A stretch of 32,000 nt of DNA. Origin: Haloferax volcanii DS2 (GTDB lineage: Archaea; Halobacteriota; Halobacteria; Halobacteriales; Haloferacaceae). The notes below the pieces were generated by a model. It did not search any database, was not told the DNA's origin, and worked only from the letters and a program-made list of their open reading frames with translations. The stretch covers positions 600,001-632,000 of the forward strand of contig NC_013966.1 in assembly GCF_000025685.1 (NCBI RefSeq). The letters are read 5' to 3'. Positions 7,809-15,908 of this stretch are shown here, piece by piece (within the stretch, counting starts at the first letter, position 1; each line of letters begins with the position of its first letter). The translations under genes were made by a program, and so were the position numbers.

Positions 7809-9122
7809 TCAGGCCCCGCCGGCGTACGCCGCGAACTCCTCGCCGCGGAGGGCGAAGTAGACCACGCCGACCGCGCCGACGAGCGACGCGACCGAGAACG
7901 CGAGGGTCGGGTCGCGCGCGTAGAGCCAGCCGCCGAGCGCCGCGCTCGGGATGACGATGGTGTTTCGCAGGAGGTAGTACGCGCCCGTCACCCGCCCGCC
8001 GGCGTTTCGCTCCGCCGGGCCGACGATGAGCGCCTTGTGCGCGGGGAGGCCGGCGAACCGGAGCCCGGAGAACGCAAAGAGGGCGACGACGACCCACTGG
8101 TCCGCCGGCGCGAAGATGAGGAGGACCGGGAACATCGCGTACACCGAAAATCCGAGGGCGACGACCGGCTTGAGCCCGGTCCGCTCGGCGAGCTTCGAGA
8201 CGGGGAGCTTCGTCAGGAGCGCGACCACCATCTCCACGCCGAGGAGGACGCCGAAGAAGGCGTCCGGGCGGAGCGAGACGCCGAAGCCGGTGAAGCCGAC
8301 TTCGAGGAACTCCGTGACGACGATGACGAAGAAGACGTACACCATCCCGTTGGCGAACCGGATGAGCGTGTCCGCGACGAGGAGCGGCCGGAGCGTCTCG
8401 GGGAGCGACCGGAGGTCGTCGCGGAGCTGTGCGAGCCCCTCGAACGACCTGCCCAGCGAGTCCTCGCCCGCGTCGTAGAGGAGGTGCTGGGCGACGGTGG
8501 CGACGATGCCGAACGCCGCGGCGACGATGAGAACGTACCGAAAACCCTCGACGAACGTCGCCGTCGCCGCCAGCAGCGCGGCCGCGATGAGCGGCCCGAG
8601 GAGGAAGCCGATGCGGCGGAAAATCTCGGTGCTGGCGAACCCCATCGCCAGCCGCTCCGGCGGGACGCTCTGTTTGACGATGGCGAACGTCGCGCCGAGG
8701 CCGAACGACTTCCACGCCTGCGTGAGAAACAGGCCGACGAAAATCCAGAGCCACGGTTCGAGCGAGACGCCCGCGAGCGTCACCTCGGGGACCTGCGGGG
8801 CGACGAACCAGAAGAGAAAGCCGGCCGACGAGAGTGTGCCGAACAGCGTGAGCGAGAGGCGAGACCCGAGTCGGTCGGAGAGCGCGCCCCCCGGATACGG
8901 GTACAGCGCCCCGATGAGGTTGCCGACGCTCCCGTAGAGACCGACGACGGTCGCGCCGGCTCCGAGCACTCGGAGGTACTCGGGGACGTATCGGCCGGTC
9001 ATCTGAAACGAGAGACTGAACGCGAACATCGCCACCGAGAGGACGAGCACGTCGCGTTCGAGCCCGATGAACTGCCGAAAGGAATCGAAGCTATCGACGG
9101 CGGCGTCCCGACGCGTATTCAT
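7809..9122 (-). CDS. MFS transporter
   Basis: The 437-aa ORF has about 12 hydrophobic segments. It contains an MFS motif-A-like loop, GGALSDRLGSRL. Confidence 0.85.
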   Translation of the reverse strand: MNTRRDAAVDSFDSFRQFIGLERDVLVLSVAMFAFSLSFQMTGRYVPEYLRVLGAGATVVGLYGSVGNLIGALYPYPGGALSDRLGSRLSLTLFGTLSSAGFLFWFVAPQVPEVTLAGVSLEPWLWIFVGLFLTQAWKSFGLGATFAIVKQSVPPERLAMGFASTEIFRRIGFLLGPLIAAALLAATATFVEGFRYVLIVAAAFGIVATVAQHLLYDAGEDSLGRSFEGLAQLRDDLRSLPETLRPLLVADTLIRFANGMVYVFFVIVVTEFLEVGFTGFGVSLRPDAFFGVLLGVEMVVALLTKLPVSKLAERTGLKPVVALGFSVYAMFPVLLIFAPADQWVVVALFAFSGLRFAGLPAHKALIVGPAERNAGGRVTGAYYLLRNTIVIPSAALGGWLYARDPTLAFSVASLVGAVGVVYFALRGEEFAAYAGGA

Positions 9123-9364
9123 CGTCCGAGTGGTTCGCGGGAGCGTTCAAGAAAGTACGGTGCGGTCGGCTCAGTCGTCGCGCCCCGGTAGTCCATCGCG
9201 CCGACGACGTGCGGCGGCGAGTCCGGCAGCGAGCGCGCCGATGTGCGGTCGATGATTTCGGTGACGGCGTCGAGGACGACGCAGTACCGTTCTTCACCGA
9301 GTTCGAATTCGAGGACCTGCGTCGGCTCCGCGAGCGCGCCGTCGGGCGCGTCGGTGAGCGACAT
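9119..9364 (-). pseudogene. CheW-like domain fragment (N-terminal half only)
   Basis: The 81-aa ORF reads QVLEFELGEERYCVVLDAVTEII...LPDSPPHVVGAMDYRG, which matches the first strands of a CheW domain. After that the similarity is lost. Its stop overlaps the MFS start (ATGA at 9119-9122). Confidence 0.55.
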
Positions 9365-9547
9365 CTACGCACCCCGGGCGGTCTCGTCGACGAGGCTCGC
9401 CACCTCCCCGGTGCTCGCGGCCTGCTGGTCGGTCGCGCGGGCGACCTCCTCCGCGCCGGCGGCACCGGGGCCGGAATACGCGTCGTGCTGTCGGGAGGCG
9501 GGACCGTCTCCGGCGGCCGGCTCCCGGTCGTTTCGCTCGAGTTCCAT
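9365..9547 (-). pseudogene. C-terminal fragment of a methyl-accepting chemotaxis transducer (Htr/MCP)
   Basis: This is a 60-codon ORF from the ATG at c9547. AEEVARATDQQAASTGEVASLVDETARGA resembles the conserved ...ATxEQAASTEEVxxMVDE... end of the MCP signalling domain. Its TAG stop directly abuts the CheW-fragment ATG, and an AT-rich stretch lies immediately upstream. Confidence 0.5.
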
Positions 9548-9847
9548 ACGAACGAGTGTGAGAGTAAAGTGATAAGTATTCGCGAGCAGTATCAAACGAG
9601 ATAACCTCATATTGCCGCTAATTGCCTCGAGGCGGCCTGAGAGGACAGATACGGGAAGGATATTGCGATATAGATACCAGACTACCGGCGCTGATAGAAC
9701 CGGAAATCGTCGGGTCGTGGTGAAATCAGTTGTGCCGTCAAGGTCGGCGTCGCGGCGGGGGCTCTCCGGAGTCGCAGCCGGGCTCTCCGGAATCACCCCG
9801 GAGTCGGCGCGACCGGGGTTCGGTGGGAGGGCCGAAGCGAGGCGCGT

Positions 9848-10687
9848 TCAGGTCAGTCGACGGCCGACGGCGACGGCGACGAAGCCCGCGAGCGCGACGA
9901 GGACGATGGAGCCGCCGGCGGCGAGCCCGTAGAGGTACGCGACGGTGACGCCGGCGAGGCCGGCGAGTTCGCCCGCGAGAACGCCGTACAGGAGCGACTG
10001 CTTGAAGCTCCGACCGATCCGGGAGGCGGTGACGACGGGGATGACGAGCAGCGCCGCGACGAGGATGACGCCCATGATTCGCATCGCGCTGACGACGACG
10101 AACGCGGTGAGAATCGACAGGAGCGTGTTGACGGCGCGGACGTGGAGCCGCGAGGCGCGGGCGGCCGTCTCGTCGAACGTGACGTAGACGAGCGGCCGGT
10201 AGGCGACCGCGACCGAGCCGACGACGACGAGCCCCATCGAGACGAGGAGGCCCACGTCGGCCCGCGAGACGGTCGCCAGCGAGCCGAACAGATACTGGTT
10301 GATGCCGACCGAGATGCCGCCGCCGGTCAGCGAGATGAGCACGCTCCCGAGGGCGAAGCCGCCGGTCAGAACCATCGCCAGCGCGGCGTCGCTCCGGGCG
10401 TCGGTGTACTCGATGAGCGCCTGCACGACGAGCGCCGCGACGACGGCGACGACGAGCGCGCCGAGGAGCGGCGGGACCGCGAGGCCGAGCGTCGCGTCGA
10501 GAAAGAGCGCGAGCGCGACCCCCGCGAAGGCGGTGTGGGCGAGCGTGTCCCCGACCATCGAGAGGTCGCGATAGACGAGGAACGACCCGACGAGCGGGCC
10601 GACGACGCCGATGCAGAGCACCGAGAGGTACGCCCGCTGCATGTAGGGATAGCCGAGGAAGTGAGGCCGGTGACGCCGGCGAGCCAC
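9848..10687 (-). CDS. znuB: metal (Zn/Mn) ABC transporter permease, ABC-3/ZnuB family
   Basis: The 279-aa ORF starts with GTG. YPYMQRAYLSVLCIGVVGPLVGSFLVYRDLSMVGDTLAHTAFAGVA aligns with the E. coli ZnuB N-terminus as I recall it. The protein is multi-pass. See the finding about upstream coding sequence in another frame. Confidence 0.85.
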   Translation of the reverse strand: MARRRHRPHFLGYPYMQRAYLSVLCIGVVGPLVGSFLVYRDLSMVGDTLAHTAFAGVALALFLDATLGLAVPPLLGALVVAVVAALVVQALIEYTDARSDAALAMVLTGGFALGSVLISLTGGGISVGINQYLFGSLATVSRADVGLLVSMGLVVVGSVAVAYRPLVYVTFDETAARASRLHVRAVNTLLSILTAFVVVSAMRIMGVILVAALLVIPVVTASRIGRSFKQSLLYGVLAGELAGLAGVTVAYLYGLAAGGSIVLVALAGFVAVAVGRRLT

Positions 10688-10829
10688 GAGAACGCGCCGC
10701 CGACGACCGCCGTCAGGAACCAGTCGAAGAGTCCCGTGAGCGCGTCGGTCACGAGGAGCGGCGCGAGGGAGTCGGCCGCGGAGAACTCGACCGCGAGGAG
10801 GTCGGTCGCCGCGAGCGCGACGGGGCCGG

Positions 10830-11606
10830 TCACGACTCGTCCTCCGGTTCGGCGTGGGCGTGGCCGTGACCGTGGTCGTGGTCGAGCACGCGCTGGTTCG
10901 CGCCGTAGGCCGCGGCGAGGGCGTCGCTGTCGGCGAAGTCGTCGGGGTCGCCGTGGAAGTACAGCCGCTTGTTGAGACAGGCGATTCGGGACGCGCGGGT
11001 CGTGACGACGCCGATGTCGTGTTCGACGAGGACGACCGTCATCCCCTGTTCGTTCAGGTCGCCGAGGAGGTCGTAGAACGCCTCGCGGGACTCGGCGTCG
11101 AGGGCGACCGTCGGCTCGTCGAGCGCGAGCAGGTCGGCTTCGGCCGCGAGCGCCCGGGCGACGAAGACCCGCTGGCGCTGGCCGCCGGAGAGCGCTCCGA
11201 CCCGGCGGTCAGCGAGGTCCGCGATATCGACGCGGTCGAGCGCCGCGGCGACCACCTCGCGGTCGGCGGCCGAGAAGCGGCCGAACAGGTTCCGCGGGTA
11301 GCGCCCCATCCGAACGACTTCGCGGACGGTGACGGGCATGTCGCGGGCCGCGTCCGTCGCGTCCTGTGCGACGTAGGCGACGCGCTCGCCGTCGGAGAAC
11401 TCGTGGGCGGGGCGGTCGAACAGCCGCACCTCGCCTCGGGTCGGGCGTTGGAGGCCGAGCATCAGCGTCAGGAGCGTGCTCTTTCCCGACCCGTTCGGGC
11501 CGACGAGCCCGAGGAACTCGCCTTCGGGCACGTCGAGCGAAACCCCGTCCACGACCGGGACGTCGCCGTACGAAAAGGTCACGTCGCTGAGCGAGACGGC
11601 CGTCAT
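10830..11606 (-). CDS. znuC: metal ABC transporter ATP-binding protein
   Basis: It has Walker A (GPNGSGKST), the ABC signature (LSGGQRQR) and Walker B (LLALDEP), plus a His-rich tail (DHDHGHGHAHAE). I chose the start MTAVSL at c11606 because it overlaps the znuA stop (ATGA). Confidence 0.9.
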   Translation of the reverse strand: MTAVSLSDVTFSYGDVPVVDGVSLDVPEGEFLGLVGPNGSGKSTLLTLMLGLQRPTRGEVRLFDRPAHEFSDGERVAYVAQDATDAARDMPVTVREVVRMGRYPRNLFGRFSAADREVVAAALDRVDIADLADRRVGALSGGQRQRVFVARALAAEADLLALDEPTVALDAESREAFYDLLGDLNEQGMTVVLVEHDIGVVTTRASRIACLNKRLYFHGDPDDFADSDALAAAYGANQRVLDHDHGHGHAHAEPEDES

Positions 11607-12610
11607 TGCGCGCCGAGCGCCGTCCGGAGCGACGGGAGGTTCACCTCGCGCATGATGTCCACGTACCCCCAGTCGTTTTCCTCCCACTCAGTCATTACGC
11701 CGGGAAGCGGCGTGAGCGGGAGCACGTTTTCGGCGTCCGTCTCGGAGACGAGTTGTTGCGCGGCGCGGTCGGACTCCAGCGGGTCGACGAGGACGTGTCG
11801 GATACCGTGTTCCTCGATGGTCGCCTGCGCCCGCTCGATGTCCCGCGGCGACGGCTCCTCGTCGGGCGAGATGCCGGTGAGCGCGACGATGTCGAGGTCG
11901 TAGCGGTCGGCCAAGTAGCCGTAGGCGTCGTGGCCGGCGACGAGAAGCACGTCGCGCTCGCGGTCCGCGAGGCCGTCTTCGAATGCGGCGTCGAGTTCCG
12001 AGAGCGTCTCGCGGTAGGCGTCGGCGTTGGCGGCGTAGGCGTCGGCGTTCGCGGCATCGACCGACTGGAAGGCGTCGCGGAGCGTCTCGGTCGCGGTGGC
12101 GACCCGCGTGGGGTCCAGCCAGAAGTGCGGGTCGAGTTCGCCGTGGTCGTGCGTCTCCGACTCCTCGGCGTGCTCGTCGTCGTGGACGTGCCCGTCCGCG
12201 CCGATTTCGTGGAGTTCCACGTCGGCGGAAGCGTCGACTTCGGAGACACCCGAGTCGTCGGCTTCGAGCGAGGTGCGGATGTCGTCGGCCCACGGCTGAA
12301 AACCGGGCATTCCGTGGACGAACAGGTCGGATTCGAGCACCCGACCCTGCACGTCCGGGCCGGGCTCCCAGCCGTGGCCGTGCTGGCCGATGGGGACGAG
12401 CGTCTCGACGGACGCGGCGTCGCCAGCGACGTGGCGCGCCACGTCCCCGAAGACGAAAAAGGAAGCCGTCGCCGTCGTCTCCGGGGCGGCGGGTGAGTCG
12501 GTCGAACCAGCCGAATCGGACGAGTCATCACCGCCGAGACAACCCGCGAGGCCGACGGCGGCGCTTCCGGCGACTGTCGCGAGGAACCTGCGTCGGGTCT
12601 TCGTTCGCAT
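11603..12610 (-). CDS. znuA: zinc ABC transporter substrate-binding lipoprotein (ZnuA/TroA cluster-9 family)
   Basis: The 335-aa ORF has a Tat signal with lipobox (RRRFLATVAGSAAVGLAGC). It carries a DPHFWLDP motif and a His/acidic loop (GHVHDDEHAEESETHDHGE) typical of Zn-specific ZnuA. Confidence 0.9.
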   Translation of the reverse strand: MRTKTRRRFLATVAGSAAVGLAGCLGGDDSSDSAGSTDSPAAPETTATASFFVFGDVARHVAGDAASVETLVPIGQHGHGWEPGPDVQGRVLESDLFVHGMPGFQPWADDIRTSLEADDSGVSEVDASADVELHEIGADGHVHDDEHAEESETHDHGELDPHFWLDPTRVATATETLRDAFQSVDAANADAYAANADAYRETLSELDAAFEDGLADRERDVLLVAGHDAYGYLADRYDLDIVALTGISPDEEPSPRDIERAQATIEEHGIRHVLVDPLESDRAAQQLVSETDAENVLPLTPLPGVMTEWEENDWGYVDIMREVNLPSLRTALGAQ

Positions 12611-12680
12611 GTTATTAGAAATCTTCTTAGAGATAATAAGTTCTGCTATTCTATATTACTATGTTATTATTTTGTGCTGG
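12611..12680 (-). promoter_or_regulatory. AT-rich promoter/operator region of the znuACB operon
   Basis: About 70 nt of AT-rich sequence lies directly upstream of the znuA ATG. It contains three TTATTA/TAATAA hexamers (12612-12617, 12634-12639, 12664-12669). One of them sits about 25 nt upstream of the start, in a TATA-like position. Confidence 0.45.
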
Positions 12681-12782
12681 TGACGGAGTCGCCGGTGAGC
12701 GCCGCTGTTCGTGGTGGTGAGCGGAACGTCGATAAGAGAGAATGCGCAGACTGCGAGGCGAGCGACCACCCGCGGACCGGCG

Positions 12783-13457
12783 TCAATCCGCGGTCGAGGC
12801 GGCCCCACTAGACGGCCCGCGTCTGTACTTCCGGATGGCCGCGACGATGAGCGGCGTGCCGACGACGGTCGGCCAGAGCCACGCGGCGACGGTCGGGAGG
12901 AAGTCGAAGTTGACCGACGAGAAGGCGGTGACGGTGGCGATGTAGCCGCCGCCCATGCGGCCGATGTGCTCGAAGAACCACTCGCGCGACGCGGCGCGCT
13001 CGCGGCGGAAGGTGACGAGGTCGCGGACGCCGAAGCCGGTACCCGCCGCGCCGAACACGAGCATCACGGCGGCGAAACCGTCACCGGCGAGAAACCGGAG
13101 CGCGCCCATGGCGAGGAGACCGACGCCGGCGGCGGTGAGCAGGCCGACCGCGACCCAGTCGAGCGGTTCCGGCCCGTCGGTCGGGCGCTTCCGCGAGAGG
13201 ACGCGGTCGCCCGAGAAGACGAAGTAGTAGCTGAACACGGCGACGAGCGCGAGGAACGTCCGCCCGCGGGTCGGCGCGAGGGCGAACAACGCGAGCGACG
13301 TGACCGCGACGACGGTCATCCCCGCGACGTAAATCCGCCCCGCTCGCCGGTGGCGACGACCGCCTTTCGTCGTGACTATCGCGCCGAAGCCGGCGAACAG
13401 CGCCGCGAACCCCGCGAGGATGTGGACGCCGAGCGTCGCGTCCTCGACGAGCGTCAT
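12783..13457 (-). CDS. integral membrane protein (DUF2306-like)
   Basis: The 224-aa ORF has about 6 hydrophobic helices. The N-terminal pattern HILAGFAALFAGFGAIVTTKGGRRHRRAGRIYV resembles the DUF2306 H...HRxxGRxY motif. Confidence 0.65.
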   Translation of the reverse strand: MTLVEDATLGVHILAGFAALFAGFGAIVTTKGGRRHRRAGRIYVAGMTVVAVTSLALFALAPTRGRTFLALVAVFSYYFVFSGDRVLSRKRPTDGPEPLDWVAVGLLTAAGVGLLAMGALRFLAGDGFAAVMLVFGAAGTGFGVRDLVTFRRERAASREWFFEHIGRMGGGYIATVTAFSSVNFDFLPTVAAWLWPTVVGTPLIVAAIRKYRRGPSSGAASTAD

Positions 13458-13710
13458 CGGGGAACTCCGAGAGCTGTGGCCGGGCGCGGATGCTGGGTGC
13501 GATGTGACGGGACGCGGACGCTGAACGGGTTCGGCATGGAATCGAGTCGTTCGGGAAGCGATATAAATCTACTGAGTGAGTACTTACTTGGAGACGGGTG
13601 GGAGTGCGACGGGGCGAAACCGTCGTGTCGAGCGCGTCTGCTCGGGGCGTAGTCGTCTGAAAAATCGAGGTCGGCGTCTGCCAGCTGTGACCGGCAGTCG
13701 CGTCTCGGTG

Positions 13711-13917
13711 TTACTGCCGGACGACGTTCGCCGCGCGGGGGCCCTTGGGCGAGGACTCGATGTCGAACTCGACTTCGGTGCCTTCGGTGAGGTCGTCGCC
13801 GCCGACGTCTTCCATGTGGAAGAACACGTCTTCGTCGTCGTCGAGGTCGCCGTCGTCAGTAGAGATGAAACCGTAGCCGCCAGTGTCGTTGAAGAAATCA
13901 ACTTTGCCGTGTGCCAT
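13711..13917 (-). CDS. cold-shock protein (CspA family)
   Basis: This 68-aa protein uses the internal ATG at c13917 of ORF 13711..14160. It reads MAHGKVDFFNDTGGYGFISTDDG...DVFFHMEDV, with RNP1/RNP2-like motifs and an acidic haloarchaeal insertion. Confidence 0.9.
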   Translation of the reverse strand: MAHGKVDFFNDTGGYGFISTDDGDLDDDEDVFFHMEDVGGDDLTEGTEVEFDIESSPKGPRAANVVRQ

Positions 13918-14071
13918 TACGTACAAATCGAGGGTCGTCCGACGGATAACACTTCTGAGAGTCAAGGTACCACGACCCTTCGACAGGCGTTCGTCCACTC
14001 CATACGGCCGATTCGGCGGAGATGCGCCGGACCGAAAGGTGGTCGGCGGAAGTAGACGGTCGGGGGCGCGC

Positions 14072-14668
14072 TCACGCGACGACCAACAGCGAGTCGATGT
14101 ACGCCGACAGCGACGCCCGGAGGTCGTCCCCGACGCCCTCCATCCCGAGCGCGAGGGCAAAGCCGGTGTAACCGTCGGTCGCCGAGAGGACGAACGCGGC
14201 CGTTCCTTCGGGGTCGACCTCGCGGAAGACGCCCTGTTCGACGCCGTCGCGGACGATGTCGGCGATGACGCCGAGGGTGTGGCGCTCCATCCTGAGCAGG
14301 GGTTCGCGGAGCGTCTCGTTGTGCGGCGCGTGCGAGAGGAGTTCCATGACGGCGATGTTGACGCCGGCGGCGGCCGCGTCGCCCTCGTCGACGAGGAGGA
14401 TGTCGCAGACCGCTCGCAGTCGCGCTTCGGGGCCCTCGGCGTCGATGTCGTGGAGGCTCCGCGCGAGGTAGTCCTCGGAGGTTTCGAGGAACGCGACTAT
14501 CATCTCGTCTTTCGAGTCGTAGTAGTAGTACAGTCCCGCCTCGCTCTTGTCGCTCTCCGCGGCCACCTTCTTTGTCGTCAGCCGAGCGTAGCCGTGCTCG
14601 GCGAGCGCCGCGCGGACCGCGTTCGCAATCTGTGCTTTCTGCTCGGGCGGCACGGAGTCGACGGGCAT
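14072..14668 (-). CDS. TetR/AcrR family transcriptional regulator
   Basis: The start is MPVDSVPPEQK at c14668. The HTH is ARLTTKKVAAESDKSEAGLYYYYDSKDEM. It lies 82 nt downstream of the EamA gene on the same strand. Confidence 0.85.
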   Translation of the reverse strand: MPVDSVPPEQKAQIANAVRAALAEHGYARLTTKKVAAESDKSEAGLYYYYDSKDEMIVAFLETSEDYLARSLHDIDAEGPEARLRAVCDILLVDEGDAAAAGVNIAVMELLSHAPHNETLREPLLRMERHTLGVIADIVRDGVEQGVFREVDPEGTAAFVLSATDGYTGFALALGMEGVGDDLRASLSAYIDSLLVVA

Positions 14669-14750
14669 GGTGAGTGAGTGTTCGCTCGCTCGACTACTTG
14701 TGCCCGTTGCTCCGGGGGTGAAACGCGGGACGCGGGACGCGACCGCGGAC

Positions 14751-15857
14751 TCACTCCGCCGACCCGTCGCGTGCACCCGCGACCAACTCCCCGAGCGCCC
14801 GGCGCTTGATGAGCGCGAAGCCGGCGAAGATGGAGACGAAGCCGAGCGCGGTTACGGCGTCGATGAGCTGGCCGAGGAAGGCCCAACTGAGGAGCGTCGC
14901 GGAGACGGGTTCGAGGTAGCCGATGAGGTTTATCTGCGTCGGACCGAAGCAGCCGAGCAGTTCGAAGTAGATGAGGAACGCGCCCGCGCCGCTGACGACG
15001 GCAAGGTAGAGCAGGGAGCCGACGGCGACGCCGGACCACTCGATGGTCGCGAGCGACTCGCCGGTGGCGACGCCCGCGACGGACAGGAGCGCGGCCCCGA
15101 ACAGCATCGCCCACGCCTGAAGGGTCCGCGCGGGGATGTCCGAGGAGAAGGGGCGCGTCAGGACGGCACCGAGGGCGAAACACGCCGAGGCGACGAGGAC
15201 GGTGGCGACGCCGACCACGTCGCTGGAGAGGAGCGCGCTCGGGTCCGGTCGGGCGACGAGGCCGACACCCAGAAAGCCGAAGCCGAAGCCGAGGACGCCG
15301 AGCGGGGAGATGCGGTCACCGAGGATACCCGTCGCGAACAGCGCGGTCAGGACCGGCCCGAGGCTGATGACGATGGCCGCCACCGCCCCGGGGACGTGCT
15401 CCTGTCCGAGGTAGAGAAACGCGTGGTGCGCGCCGATGAGGAGGCCGCCGGAGACGCCGACGAGCGTCCAGTCGGTCCGGCTGTGCGGCCGCCAGTAGTC
15501 GGTCGAGACGGCGGCGTAGCCGAGGACGATGAGCCCCGCGAGGAAGAACCGAAGCGCCGCGAACTGGAGCGGCGGGAAGTACGCGAGGCCGACTTCGATT
15601 GCGACGAACGAACTCCCCCAGAGCAGTCCCAGAAGCACGAACAGCCCGGCGGCGACCCGGCCGTTCACCGACACCACGCTCCGCTCGACGGGCGGCGGCG
15701 CGGTTCCGGCGAACTCGGCCGCTCGGTCGGTTCCGCCGACCGTTGCGGCCCCGCCGACCGTTTCAGCCGCGTCGACCGTTCCGTCTCCGCCGACCCGGAT
15801 TCGAGACGCCTGCGTTCGGTTGCAGTAATATTCAGCACGTGAGCGTATCGTTACCAC
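14751..15857 (-). CDS. EamA/DMT family transporter (start uncertain)
   Basis: About 10 TM segments begin at AAGLFVLLGLLWGSSFVAIEVGL. The longest ORF starts with GTG at c15857 and includes a 60-aa non-hydrophobic leader. Alternative GTG starts lie at c15677, c15674 and c15668, just before TM1. Confidence 0.75.
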   Translation of the reverse strand: MVTIRSRAEYYCNRTQASRIRVGGDGTVDAAETVGGAATVGGTDRAAEFAGTAPPPVERSVVSVNGRVAAGLFVLLGLLWGSSFVAIEVGLAYFPPLQFAALRFFLAGLIVLGYAAVSTDYWRPHSRTDWTLVGVSGGLLIGAHHAFLYLGQEHVPGAVAAIVISLGPVLTALFATGILGDRISPLGVLGFGFGFLGVGLVARPDPSALLSSDVVGVATVLVASACFALGAVLTRPFSSDIPARTLQAWAMLFGAALLSVAGVATGESLATIEWSGVAVGSLLYLAVVSGAGAFLIYFELLGCFGPTQINLIGYLEPVSATLLSWAFLGQLIDAVTALGFVSIFAGFALIKRRALGELVAGARDGSAE

Positions 15858-15908
15858 ACAATCGATGATAGTCGTTTTGTTCGGTTCGAATTTCGAACCG
15901 CTCGCAGC

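Noticed and set aside
15660-15857. The repetitive TVDAAETVGGAATVGGTD leader of the EamA ORF as a separate feature.
   Set aside because: It is a low-complexity, GC-driven repeat within a possibly mis-extended N-terminus. There is no independent evidence of function, so it is noted only as start-codon uncertainty.
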